DNA of 64,000 nt. Source: Octopus sinensis (taxonomy: Eukaryota). The stretch is from assembly GCF_006345805.1 (NCBI RefSeq), contig NC_043014.1, positions 7,812,001 through 7,876,000 of the forward strand, given 5' to 3'. The notes under the pieces were generated by a model. That model was not told the origin of the DNA. It made no database searches and was given only the letters and a program-made list of their open reading frames with translations. The position numbers and the translations under genes were made by a program. Below are positions 1 to 13,100 of this stretch, in pieces. How positions within the stretch are numbered: the first letter of the stretch is position 1; the number at the start of each line of letters is the position of its first letter.

Positions 1-199
1 CATGGTGGGTTGTAATGTATATAAGAAATTAAAAAAGGAAAATATGCACACTTACATGGTTTTAATATTATTTTTAATATATCGACCGGTTTCACTATCG
101 CTATTCATGATATTATGTTTAATTTATTTGAGTATATATTTTTTCTTAAGAAGAAATTTGGTCCATGTTGTGTGTGATGAAATTCACGAGTGGATATAT

Positions 200-660
200 C
201 ATCATCATCATCATTCATTTAGCGTCCGTTTTCCATGCTAGCATGGGTTGGACGGTTCAACTGGGGTCTGGGGAGCCCGAAGGCTGCACCAGGCCAGTCA
301 GATCTGGCAGTGTTTCTACAGCTGGATGCCCTTCCTAACGCCAACCACTCCGAGAGTGTAGTGGGTGATTTTATGTGCCACCGACACAGGTGCCAGACGA
401 GGCTGGCGAACGGCCACGCTCGGATGGTGTTTTTTATGTGCCACCGACACAGGTGCCAGACGAGGCTGGCAGACGGCCACGCTCGGATGGTGTTTTTATG
501 TGCCACCGACACAGGTGCCAGATGAGGCTGGCGAACGGCCACGATCGGATGGTGTTTGTTACGTGCCCGCAGCACGGAGGCCAGTCGATGCGGTACTGGC
601 TACGGCCACGTTCGGATGGTTTTCTTGTGTGCCACCGGCACTGGTACCACAAAGATACAA
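200..660 (-). mobile_element. SINE family D (ATG-repeat tail, internal ~60-bp tandem units)
   Basis: Reads (CAT)n-TTTAGCGTCCGTTTTCCATGCTAGCATGGGTTGG... A near-identical copy at 20815-21142 ends at the same point. Other copies: 3730-3970(+), 4455-5090(-), 16085-16290(-), 18690-19010(-), 24185-24345(-), 24440-24750(-), 36285-36690(+). Confidence 0.85.
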
Positions 661-719
661 ATTCCATTGATGTTCATCTATTTTGATTTGTTTTGATTGA
701 TTTTCACAGAGAGAGAGAG

Positions 720-840
720 AGAGGGTATGTGGCCTAATGGTTAGTGTGTTCCACTTACGATCAGATGATTGTAGGTTTGATTCCTGGGCCTGGTGGTAAA
801 TTGTGTTTTTGAGCAAAACATTTCATCTCTTGTTGATTTG
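720..840 (+). mobile_element. Degenerate tRNA-derived SINE head
   Basis: A-box-like TGGCCTAATGG and B-box-like GGTTTGATTCC, followed by a non-tRNA body. Confidence 0.55.
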
Positions 841-889
841 ATGGAGGGAGTGAGCTGATGTGCAACCCAAGCATTTGATTACTATTAAC

Positions 890-963
890 AATCATCTACA
901 AGAAGGTTGCTCTACAAGAAATTGAAGACCTCTCTCTCTCTGACTTGAGAGACTACCATTACA

Positions 964-1008
<45 letters not shown>

Positions 1009-1097
1009 CACTACTACTACAACAAGAAGGTTGCTCTACAAGAAATTGAAGACCTCTCTGTCTCTTTCTCTCTCTGACTTGAGAGACTACCATTACA

Positions 1098-1172
<75 letters not shown>

Positions 1173-1179
1173 CACCACC

Positions 1180-1217
<38 letters not shown>

Positions 1218-1240
1218 CACCAGTACTACTACCACCACTA

Positions 1241-1303
<63 letters not shown>

Positions 1304-1316
1304 CACTACTACTAGT
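890..1316. repeat. Local ~125-bp tandem duplication plus (CTA)n/(CCA)n microsatellite
   Basis: The block caagaaggttgctctacaagaaattgaagacctctc...gactaccattacacac occurs at ~897 and ~1024, each time followed by CTA repeats. Confidence 0.9.
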
Positions 1317-1870
1317 ACCAGTCATCCAACTTCTATTGGTGTACTATGAGACTCAGAACTTCATTGTGTTTTTAAGTAACTAAAGCGAGTTGATCATTTG
1401 CATGTTCTACCAAGAGGCAGCAATCTGCTAATTGGATTGGTTGACCCTTGACTGACCATTGGCCGAAGAGGTTCCCCCACCTAGACTGTCATGTAGTTTA
1501 GCGGAATGAAGATCAAAATGCCCAACACCACACACCTGCCATGCTACTCCCCATGGCTTCATTGTGACCCTTGCTCAAGGATTTTCGTCATTGAGGTTAA
1601 TTCCCTCTGTATACATACTGTTGGAAGGCTGTTGAGTCTTACGAGTTCCTCCGGCCTCTGATGGATTTTGATTTTCTTCCAGCAGGGTGACCAAATTACC
1701 CCCCCTCACTAAGCAAGCTTCGTGGGGTTACCAGTTTCATTGCTGACAATCTGACCATGTGATAGGTTGAACTGTGTTATATGTTACCTGTTTGTGTGTG
1801 TATGTTTGCGTTTGCGTTTGTGTGTGTGTGTGTTTATATACTGATGCAGTGAAATGTTTTCCTTTTCCAG

Positions 1871-2024
1871 TCTGCTATTAGTATTGTAAAGAATTCTCCA
1901 AAATCAATAACAAATAAGTATGATCGACAGAAGAGACTAAGCTCTGATAAGCTACGGGCCTATCAGTGGAAGATTGCACACAATTCAGTCGATGCTCGGA
2001 TACTGGCTAAATTAGCAACAAATG
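1871..2024 (+). CDS. Most 5' identifiable coding exon (SAISIVKNSPKS...ILAKLATN)
   Basis: Acceptor ccttttccAG (1869-70) and donor G|GTATGT (2025). The 154 nt are stop-free in the frame required by the next exon. No ATG, so upstream exons probably lie outside the window. Confidence 0.7.
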
Positions 2025-2254
2025 GTATGTATACTCTTTTTTAACTCTTTTTACTTGTTTCAGTCATTTGACTGCGGCCATGCTGGAGCACCGCCTTTAA
2101 TCGAGCAACTCGACCCCGGGACTTATTCTTTTGTAAGCCCAGTACTTATTCTATCGGTCTCTTTTTGCCGAACAGCTAAGTAACAGGGACATAAACACAT
2201 CAGCATCGGTTGTCAAGCAATGCTAGGGGGACAAACACAGACATACAAACACAC

Positions 2255-2287
<33 letters not shown>

Positions 2288-3249
2288 CGACAGGCTTCTT
2301 TCAGTTTCTGTCTACCAAATCCACTCACAAGGCATTGGTCAGCCCGAGGCTATAGTAGAAGACACTCGCCCAAGGTGCCACGCAGTGGGACTGAACCCGG
2401 AACCATGTGGTTCGTAAACAAGCTACTTACCACACAGCCACTCCTGCACCTATACGATAAATCTTTTCTTTCGAATTCATTTCCACTCTGCCTCTATTTA
2501 TAAATTCCTACCATACTTTGTTGAGTGCATGGAACGACTGTGTAATTAAGAAATTTGCTTCACAAACACCTGGACCTGGGTTTGATCCTACCGAGGAATA
2601 TTTATTCTACCATAATCTTGTGATGAACTCCGTGAGAACCCGTGGAAACCCTTCAGTGTTTTAGTTGTCATGGCAATGGTGATGCTGGAGCACATGTGTG
2701 TGTATGTGTGTATGTGTATAGGTATGGGTGTATGATGTGAATTTGCCTCTACTTGCAGCTCCCTATAGAGGTGCCGTGGAAAGAATGTGCAACAGAAGGT
2801 GGCCTGAAATATTTTTTCTCCCAAGGTCTGCATCCAGTTTGAATTTTCTTCAGGTTGAGTACCCCATCCCACTCAAAAAGTCCTTGAATAAGGTTTGTTT
2901 AAGGATGTTGAACGAAACACCCACGTTTCCAGAGGTGAGTTATTCAAACCCCAAAGAATTCCTCTCAACACATGGCTATGATGCTCCCCCACTACTTCTG
3001 CTCGTGATCAGAGATGCACATATCGTCAGCCACTGAGGGACATGCTCAACTGGTTAAGGTCAAACAACTGACAAGCAAATCTGTGGTATTGAGCAGAATA
3101 TTTGCTGTAGCCCGTCTTTTATACCAAGACAAAACAATGTACATGGTAACACTTCCAATCAGTTAAGATCAGAAGTCATGAGAGCCACTGCCTGGTACTG
3201 CATCAGGGCAGTTATTATTGCTGTCATCGTCGTCATCATCATCATCATC

Positions 3250-3281
<32 letters not shown>

Positions 3282-6200
3282 CAAGAAGTTGGGCAGCTGA
3301 CAGAATCATTAGCACCTCAGGGAAAATGCTTAGCAGCATTTTGCTAATTTCTACATTCTGAGTTCAAATTTCCCTGAGGTGGACTTTGCCTTTCATCCTT
3401 TCATGATTAATAAAATAAGTACCTGTTATGTACTGAGGTCAATGTAATTGAAAAGCCAAAATTTCAGGCCTTGTGCCTTTAGTAGAAAAGATTATTATTA
3501 TTTTGGCTTGACTCAGTTTTGGTCTTACTCCTGGTAGGATTTATGTGGGAAGTAGGTTACTACCTGTAACCTTAGGTACACACAAGTTTTCAGTAGTCTT
3601 TGAAGTGCTTAGAACCCTCCTGATAATCTTTGCTGTCCCTTCAGCCATTAGTCTATATCTTTTCTTTTCTCAATGCACCAGTTGTTATAGGCATAACCTT
3701 TACTGTTCTCACACATCAATTATTATAGACACCCGGTGGCACGTAAAAAGCACCATCCAATCATGGCCGTTTGCCACCCTTGTCTGGCACCTGTGCAGGT
3801 GGCATGTAAAATGCACCCACTACACTCACAGGGTGGTTGGCGTTAGGAAGGGCATCCAGCCATAGAAACACTGCCAGATCAGACTGGGCCTGGCGCAGCC
3901 TACTGGCTTCCCAGACCCCAGTTGAACCGTCCAACCCATGCTAGCATGGAAAACGGACGTTAAACAATGATAGTTAATTAGTTAGTTAGTTAATTTTTTG
4001 GCTCAAAAAGCAAAAAAGCAAGGCCATGTAGGGGGACATGGAGTTATGTACATGGTGGTGTTCATGTAAAGAGTTCAGGCCACTTGTGGTCAAGGGAGAC
4101 TTTGAACCGAGCGGTCGTCGGCATCTTCACCATCTCGCCCGGCAGCTTATTCCACGGATCCGCGATGATGACATTACTTTCTTGCTTTATGTGATTGACT
4201 GCTTGATATATAAAATCATTCTTTGTTTTGAATTTTTTTTTTCTCCTAGTTTCATCAATCTCTGAGAAAGTAGATGAAGAACCCAAAATTGTTTTGGACA
4301 AACTGGCTGACCAATTGAAAGTATTTAAGTATTCCCACATTCTGCCCAGTGGGTTACATATGAGAGAGGCTAAAACTTTGCTCCGGGTCACTTCAAAATA
4401 CTATTGGTCATCACTGACTGAAGACATTAAAAAATGGGTAAGCAATCCTTCATCATTATCATCATCATCATCGTTTAATGTCCGCTTTCCATGCTAGCAT
4501 GGGTTAGACGAATGACTGAGTGCTGGTGAACCAGATGGCTGCACCAGGCTTCAGTCTTGATCTGGCAGAGTTTCTACAGCTGGGTGCCCTTCCTAATGCC
4601 AACCACTCCGAGAGTGTAGTGGGTGCTTTTACGTGCCACCGGCATGGGGCCAGTCAGGCAGTACTGGCAGTGACCTTGCTCGAATCTTTTACACATGCCA
4701 CTGGCACAGGTGCCAGTAAGGCGATGCTGGTAACGGTCACGCACGAATGGTGTCTTTTACGTGTCACCGGCACGAGGCCAGTCAAGCGGTACTGGCAATG
4801 ACCTCGCTCGAATCTTTTACACATGACACCGGCACAGGTGCCAGTAAGGCGATGCTGGTAACGGTCACGCACGAATGGTGTCATTTACGTGCCACGGCAT
4901 GGAGGCCAGATAGCCGCTCTGGCAACAATCATGCTCGGATGGTGCTCTTTATGGCGACGTTGGTAACGATCACATTCTAATGGTGCCTTTTAAGTGCCAC
5001 TGGCACGGAAGCTGGTTAGCCGCTCTGTCACTGATCATACTCGTATGGTGCTCTTTGCACCCCGCTAGCATGGACGCCAGTCATCGAATTTGATTTTGAT
5101 TTTGATTTTTGATTTCACTTTCAAAAATACTGTCAGGTGAGAAAATAAAAAATAAAATATGTATAGCAAAAGAATAAATTACTTGCTCCCTTTATTGAAT
5201 GGCAAGCATATTGGGTCACTATTTTGAAGGATTTTTTAAAGTCACTTATATTGACCCCTGTACTTATTTTTTAAGCCTGGTTCACATTTTAGTGACCTCT
5301 GTCGTACCACTTAGTGACAGATCATAAACACAGACCTATTTGTTTTTTGCAGCGTGGAAGGTGTTTATAAGCCATTTAAGAAACACACAAAAGCCGTTTG
5401 ATTCACTTCAACATTTAAGTTTAATTTGTCAAAATATTTTCGTCGCTTTCAGATCGCGACCTGTTCACTGACAAAAATTTGTGCTACATCGGAACAGGTC
5501 GTGGTCTTAAAGCGCCGAAAATATTTTGACAAATTAAACTTAAATGTTGAAGTGAATCGAACGGCTTTTGTGTGTTTCTTAAATGGCTTACAAACACCTT
5601 CCACGCTGCAATTGTTTTCGTTTCAGCACACGATCTCAGATCAAATTACTTGCTATGCAAGTACATCTCCGTAATATTTGTTTTTTGTTTCACACAATGT
5701 CAGGATAGACAGTCACACCCACCAGTTCAGTGACCTTTTACGCAGTTTCTCTCGGCCAGTTTCTCACACAAGGCATTGGCCAATGTGGGGCTATAGTAGA
5801 AGCCACTTGCCCAAGATGTCTCACAGTTGTCCTGGGCCTGAGACCTTGTGGTTGTTAAGCAGACTTCTTAAGCACTTAGCTATGCCTGTACTTAAAATGT
5901 ATTCACTTATCAATCAATCCTGCAAAAAACATAGAAAATCTCCAGAGCCTGTTCATGTTTTGTACTCTCTCTCTCTTTTTACTCTTTTACTTGTTTCAGT
6001 CATTTGACTGCGGCCATGCTGGAGCACCGCCTTTAGTCGAGCAAATCGACCCCGGGACTTATTCTTTGTAAGCCCAGTACTTATTCTATCGGTCTCTTTT
6101 GCCGAACCGCTAAGTTACGGGGACGTAAACACACCAGCATCGGTTGTCAAACAATGCTAGGGGGACAAACACAGACACACAAACACACACATATATATAT

Positions 6201-6814
6201 ACATATATACGACGGGCTTCTTTCAGTTTCCGTCTACCAAATCCACTCACAAGGCTTTGGTCGACCCGAGGCTATAGTAGAAGACACTTGCCCAAGGTGC
6301 CACGCAGTGGGACTGAACCCGGAACCATGTGGTTGGTAAGCAAGCTACTTACCACACAGCCACTCCTGCGCCTATAGTTTGTTCTTTGTTTTTTTATTTT
6401 ATAGGAGTACAGTATTTGAAGTATCAAAGGACATTTTCATATGACACCGCTAAAAATTGTTGTTGACAGACTTCGGCAGATATTGTTTTCACCTCATTAG
6501 ATGTCATTGATTGGTTGAAATTGCCGAAAATTAAGAAATTAAAGAGGAAATAGCTTACAAACTACAGAATTTTCTCAAGAAAGCCAAGAGAAAAAGATGT
6601 TTTATAAACACATTCTACCAGTATACGAAGTTTAAAAGTGTTTAGTTACAAAGAAATTATTTAAAAAATCTGCCGGTCAAAGCGAAAAGACCCGTATCAA
6701 AGATTAGTAACAATGGGTGTTATAGAGTTAAAATGATTATAGAGATGCTCACCCCACTATCATTATATAGTGATTTCAAGCACCTATATACTCAATCTCT
6801 CTCTGTCTCTCTCA

Positions 6815-6862
<48 letters not shown>

Positions 6863-6915
6863 TACACAAACACACACACATACACAAACACACTCACACA
6901 CACACAAACACACTC

Positions 6916-6948
<33 letters not shown>

Positions 6949-7125
6949 AACACACACACACACAAACACACAAACACACATACACACATACACACACACA
7001 TACAAACAAACACACACACAAACACACACACACAAACACACACACACAAACACACACACACAAACACACACACACACACAAACGCGCACACACACACACA
7101 AACACACATACACAAACACACACAA

Positions 7126-7161
<36 letters not shown>

Positions 7162-10100
7162 CACACACACACACACGTTAGTAATGCTTCTTTTTATTCT
7201 AACAGGTGTCTGAGTGTGAAGTTTGCCAGAAACTTCGGCAGTATCAAAATGACATTGTAAGTTCCGTTTCTTGTTATTATCTATGTTGTTGAGTTGGCCT
7301 GGTCAGTTTCAGGACACGGCCAGATTCCATCAGATGCTGTGAAATAACCATTCTTAGATATGCTACGCTTTAATTAGATCTGGAATCAGTTTGCTCTTGA
7401 AGCTGTTTGTGTGTTTTTAGGTAGATGGAGTGTAGTATATATATCTCTTTACTACCCACAAGGGGCTAAACACAGAGGGGACAAACAAGGACAGACAAAT
7501 GGATTAAGTCGATTATATCGACCCCAGTGCGTAATTAGTACTTATTTAATTGACCCTGAAAGGATGAAAGGCAAAGGCGACCTCGGCAGAATTTGAACCC
7601 AGAACGTAACGGCAGGCGAAATACCTATTTCTTTACTACCCACAAGGGGCTAAACACAGAGAAGACAAACGGATTAAGTCGATTTTATCGACCCCAGTGT
7701 GTTACTGGTACTTATTTAATCGACCCCGAAAAGATGAAAGGCAAAGTCGACCTCGGCGGAATTTGAACCCAGAACATAACAGCAGACGAAATACCCATTT
7801 CGTTACTACCCACAAGGGGCTAAACACAGAGAGCACAAACAAGGACAGACAAATGGATTAAGTCGATTATATTGACCCCAGTGCGTAATTAGTACTTATT
7901 TAATTGACCCTGAAAGGATGAAAGGCAAAGTCGACCTCGGCAGAATTTGAACCCAGAACATAACGGCAGGCAAAATACCTATTTCTTTACTACCCACAAG
8001 GGGCTAAACACAGAGGGGACAAACAATGACAGACAAACAGATTAAGTTGATTACATCGACCACAGTGCGTAACTGGTACTTATTTAATCGACCCTGAAAG
8101 GATGAAAGGCAAAGGCGACCTGGGCAGAATTTGAACCCAGAATGTAACGGCAGGCGAAATACCTATTTCTTTACTACCCACAAGGGGCTAAACACAGAGG
8201 GGACAAACACGAACAAACGGATTAAGTCGATTACATCGACCCCAGTGCATAACTGGTACTTATTCAATCAATCCCAAAAGGATGAAAGGCAAAGTCGACC
8301 TGGGTAGAATTTGAACCCAGAACGTAATGGCAGGCGAAATACCTATTTCTTTACTACCCACAAGGGGCTAAACACAGAGGGGACAAACAATGACAGACAA
8401 ACGGATTAAGTCGATTACATCGACCCTAATGCATAACTGGTACTTATTTAATCGACCCCGAAAGGATGAAAGGCAAAGTCGACCTCGGCAGAATTTGAAC
8501 CCAGAACGTAGCGGCAGACGAAATACCGCAAAGCATTTCACCCGGCATGCTAACGATTCTGCCAGTGTAGTATAGTAGTAAGAGAATGTTGTTTCCGGTT
8601 TTAATAAGTCATTTCTTGTAAAAACTGGTGAGAACAAGCATCAAGGCAGACAGCTTGAGCCCTGTGTGTCTGTTTATGCATGTTGTGTCTGAAGTCTCTT
8701 GGATTTTAAACACTTACAACTCTTTACAGTTTATCATACATGGAGTTTCATGTGATATGCTGTTGAGCTTGCCAGTCTAACAACATATCAAATGTTGACC
8801 GGCATATGGTTGCTCGATGATTTAGGAGGATATTGCATTGTAATGTATTGTATAACCTTATGACTGTTGCATATCTTTCGCAACTGAATGCACGACTATA
8901 CTATATAATTTTAATGAAGACTATACTATATAATTTTAATGAAGACTATACTATATAATTTTAATGAAGACTATACTATATAATTTTAATGAAGACTATA
9001 CTATATAATTTTAATGAAGACTATACTATATAATTTTAATGAAGACTGTACTATATAATTTTAATGAAGACTATACTATATAATTTTAATGAAAACTATA
9101 CTATATAATTTTAATGAAGACTATACTATATAATTTTAATGAAGACTATACTATATGATGTTAATGAAGACTATACTATATAATTTTAATGAAGACTATA
9201 CTATATAATTTTAATGAAGACTATACTATATAATTTTAATGAAGACTATACTATATAATTTTAATGAAAACTATACTATATAATTTTAATGAAGACTATA
9301 CTATATAATTTTAATGAAGACTATACTATATGATGTTAATGAAGACTATACTATATAATTTTAATGAAGACTATACTATATAATTTTAATGAAGACTATA
9401 CTATATATTTTAATGAAGACTATACTATATAATTTTAATGAAAACTATACTATATAATTTTAATGAAGACTATACTATAATTTTAATGAAGACTATACTA
9501 TATGATGTTAATGAAGACTATACTATATTTTTAATGAAGACTATACTATATAATTTTAATGAAGACTATACTATATAATTTTAATGAAAACTATACTATA
9601 TAATTTTAATGAAGACTATACTATATATTTTAATGAAGACTATACTATATAATTTTAATGAAGACTATACTATATATAATTTTAATGAAGACTATACTAT
9701 ATAATTTTAATGAAGACTGTACTATATAATTTTAATGAAGACTGTACTATATAATTTTAATGAAGACTATACTATATAATTTTAATGAAGACTATACTAT
9801 ATAATTTTAATGAAGACTATACTATATATTTTAATGAAGACTATACTATATAATTTTAATGAAGACTGTACTATATAATTTTAATGAAGACTATACTATA
9901 TATAATTTTAATGAAGACTATACTATATATTTTAATGAAGACTAACTATATAATTTTAATGAAGAAGACTATACTATATAATTTTAATGAAAACTATACT
10001 ATATAATTTTAATGAAGACTATACTATATAATTTTAATGAAGACTGTACTATATAATTTTAATGAAGACTATACTATATAATTTTAATGAAGACTATACT

Positions 10101-13100
10101 ATATAATTTTAATGAAGACTATACTATATAATTTTAATGAAGACTATACTATATAATTTTAATGAAAACTATACTATATAATTTTAATGAAGACTATACT
10201 ATATAATTTTATGAAGACTATACTATAATAATTTTAATGAAGACTATACTATATAATTTTAATGAAGACTATACTATATAATTTTAATGAAGACTATACT
10301 ATATGATGTTAATGAAGACTATACTATATAATTTTAATTAAACTATACTATATAATTTTAATGAAGACTATACTATATATAATTTAATGAAGACTATACT
10401 ATATAATTTAATGAAGACTATACTATATAATTTTAATGAAGACTATACTATATAATTTTAATGAAGACTATACTATATAATTTTAATGAAGACTAACTAT
10501 ATAATTTAATGAAGACTATACTATATAATTTTAATGAAGACTATCTATATAATTTTAATGAAGACTATACTATATAATTTTAATGAAGACTATACTATAT
10601 AATTTTAATGAAGACTATACTATATAATTTTAATGAAGACTATACTATTAATTTTAATGAAGACTATACTATATAATTTTAATGAAGACTATACTATATA
10701 ATTTTAATGAAGACTATACTATAAATTTTAATGAAGACATACTATATAATTTTAATGAAGACTATACTATATAATTTTAATGAAGACTATACTATATAAT
10801 TTTAATGAAGACTATACTATATAATTTTAATGAAGACTATACTATATAATTTTAATGAAGACTATACTATATAATTTTAATGAAGACTATACTATATAAT
10901 TTTAATGAAGACTATACTATATAATTTTAATGAAGACTATACTATATAATTTTAATGAAGACTATACTATATAATTTTAATGAAGACTATACTATATAAT
11001 TTTAATGAAGACTATACTATATAATTTTAATGAAGACTATACTATATGATGTTAATGAAGACTGTACTATATAATTCTTCTTCAAATCTGGTTAGGTGTT
11101 GGTTAGGTGTTGTTCCTTCTAGATTTGAATACTTTTCTTCGTGGGTCACCATGTTCAGGTTTGTTGTTTGTTCTAAGCTCTTTGTCGAAAAAGAAAGCTT
11201 TCCACCGCATTCTGCACACTAATTGGTTTGTTTTCTCCAAAAGATCACATATAAAATCCTTCATCCTGGGTATAGGTATGTCCTTTCGCGAAACATCCAG
11301 TGATATTTTATCCATCATCTTGGTACGCTACCATATAGCACATTCCTCCTGGAAATCGGAAATTAGTTGTGGTTAATGGATAATAAAACAAATGGTTTAT
11401 ACCTGGTAGCTAAATGGATTAAGTCGATTACATCGACCGCAGTGCGTAACTGGTACTTATCTAATCGACCCTGAAAGGATGAAAGGCAAAGGCGACCTCG
11501 GCAGAATTTGAACCCAGAACATAACGGCAGGTGAAATACCTATTTCTTTACTACCCACAAGGGGCTAAACACAGAGGGGACAAACAAGGACAACCGATTT
11601 CAGAGTGATCATTCGGTATACAGCAAATGAAAGACAGAAGATGGAATATACGAGAATTTATTACTAATCACGACAATTCATTTGTTATTATGAGAAGCTA
11701 ATCAGAGAATGCAGAGAACAGGGATGGAATGTCGAATATTATCACCTGGCAGTGATAGAGGCTTCATTGAAAAGAAAATGACAACGCTTTTCAAAAGAAG
11801 ATTTGTTTTTTTCTAGCCCCAAGCTGCGTAAACTAATAAGGAGAGTACAGGTGGCGGTCAAAAAAGCCAGCTTCTATATATGGCCGAAGCGGGATGACCG
11901 AAAATGGCTTGAAAGTCATAAACACGCTAACATCATTAGGTGAGACAAGCTGACTGACAGGTGACGGTCGTTTAGAAAAAGCGTGGGCTAACACTACGCG
12001 CCTTCACTACTCAGTTAAGGTGAGACAGTGTCACGTGACAACTTGCTGGGGCTGTCTGCTGGAGCCTATGTGGCAGGTATTTAAAGGGAGAAATTTGACA
12101 AGACAGTTAGTCACAGTCTGACACTCGCTGACGATACATCGAAGAGGCCAGGGAACAGAAGAAAGAAGACATGCACCCAACACCAGAGCTGAAGACACCT
12201 CCGAAAGGGGGGGCCCCGCCACGTCAAAACGGTAGAGGAGTAGGGGCCGAAACCGGACGTGGTTCCTCCTGATGATGTCTTGAGCTAACTGGATTCCATA
12301 AAGGAGCTGTTGTGGTAGCAGACCATGAAACACGGTTGTAATTTCCCTACCTATCTGTCTATTTAAGAAAATAAAGACTGGGATCCATTCATTTGACTTA
12401 AATTCTTCAAGGCTGTGCCCCAGCATGGCCGTAGTCTAATGACTGAAACTAGTAAAAGATAAAAGATCTATTTATCCACCCTGCCACTCATACATACATG
12501 TTTTGTTCCTTCTCGAGCCATGTCTGGCTCATAAGGGGCAGTTTCCTGGTTTCCTTGGCGTATAGGTTCCCCACCTGGACGGGACGCCAGTCCGTCGCAG
12601 GTGAGCTGCAAGATGCAGGAAGAAAGAGTGAGAGAAAGTTGTGGCAAAAGAGTCAGCAGAAGTTCGCCATTTCCTTCTGCCGGAGCCGCGTGGGACTTAG
12701 GTGTTTCGCTCATAAACACACACATCGCCCTGTCTGAGATTCAAACCCGCGATCCCTCGACTGCGAGTCCGCTGCTCTAACCACTAGGCCATGTGCCTCC
12801 ACTCATACATGCATACGTACATACAGTTACTTATACACACATGCACATATGCAAATGTACACATGCATGCAAATATCATCAGGTTCTTCATGTTGAATAA
12901 ATAAATATAACACAAGCTACAACTATGTGAACCCTTTTAATTGCATACCCACTGACTCTGCTCGGCTCATTTATGACTTCTACTAACAAGCAAGGGTTGC
13001 AACAGAGACGTGTGTCATTAGCAATCCATTTGGGAATGTATATCTTCATTTCATCTAGCATTTGCGTTGATTATTACTTCCACTTAATATTTCTCCTGAA

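Noticed and set aside
140-195. LVHVVCDEIHEW as a DEAH-box motif II exon
   Set aside because: It is short, lies in a Penelope-type terminal fragment, and no other helicase motifs are nearby.
235-686. Recurrent SINE-derived ORFs (e.g. MLAWVGRFNWG..., MSSNARGTN..., MVVIPAVLF...)
   Set aside because: The same peptides recur at every SINE copy in varying frames, so they are not genes.
6733-7260. Poly-HT/CV, poly-Y/I/S/L and other low-complexity ORFs throughout the window
   Set aside because: Microsatellite translations. Only 7206-7256 within this interval is coding, and in a different frame from the listed plus-strand ORF.
8894-11076. 25-bp array as a CRISPR array
   Set aside because: Monomers abut with no unique spacers, there are no cas genes, and the context is eukaryotic.
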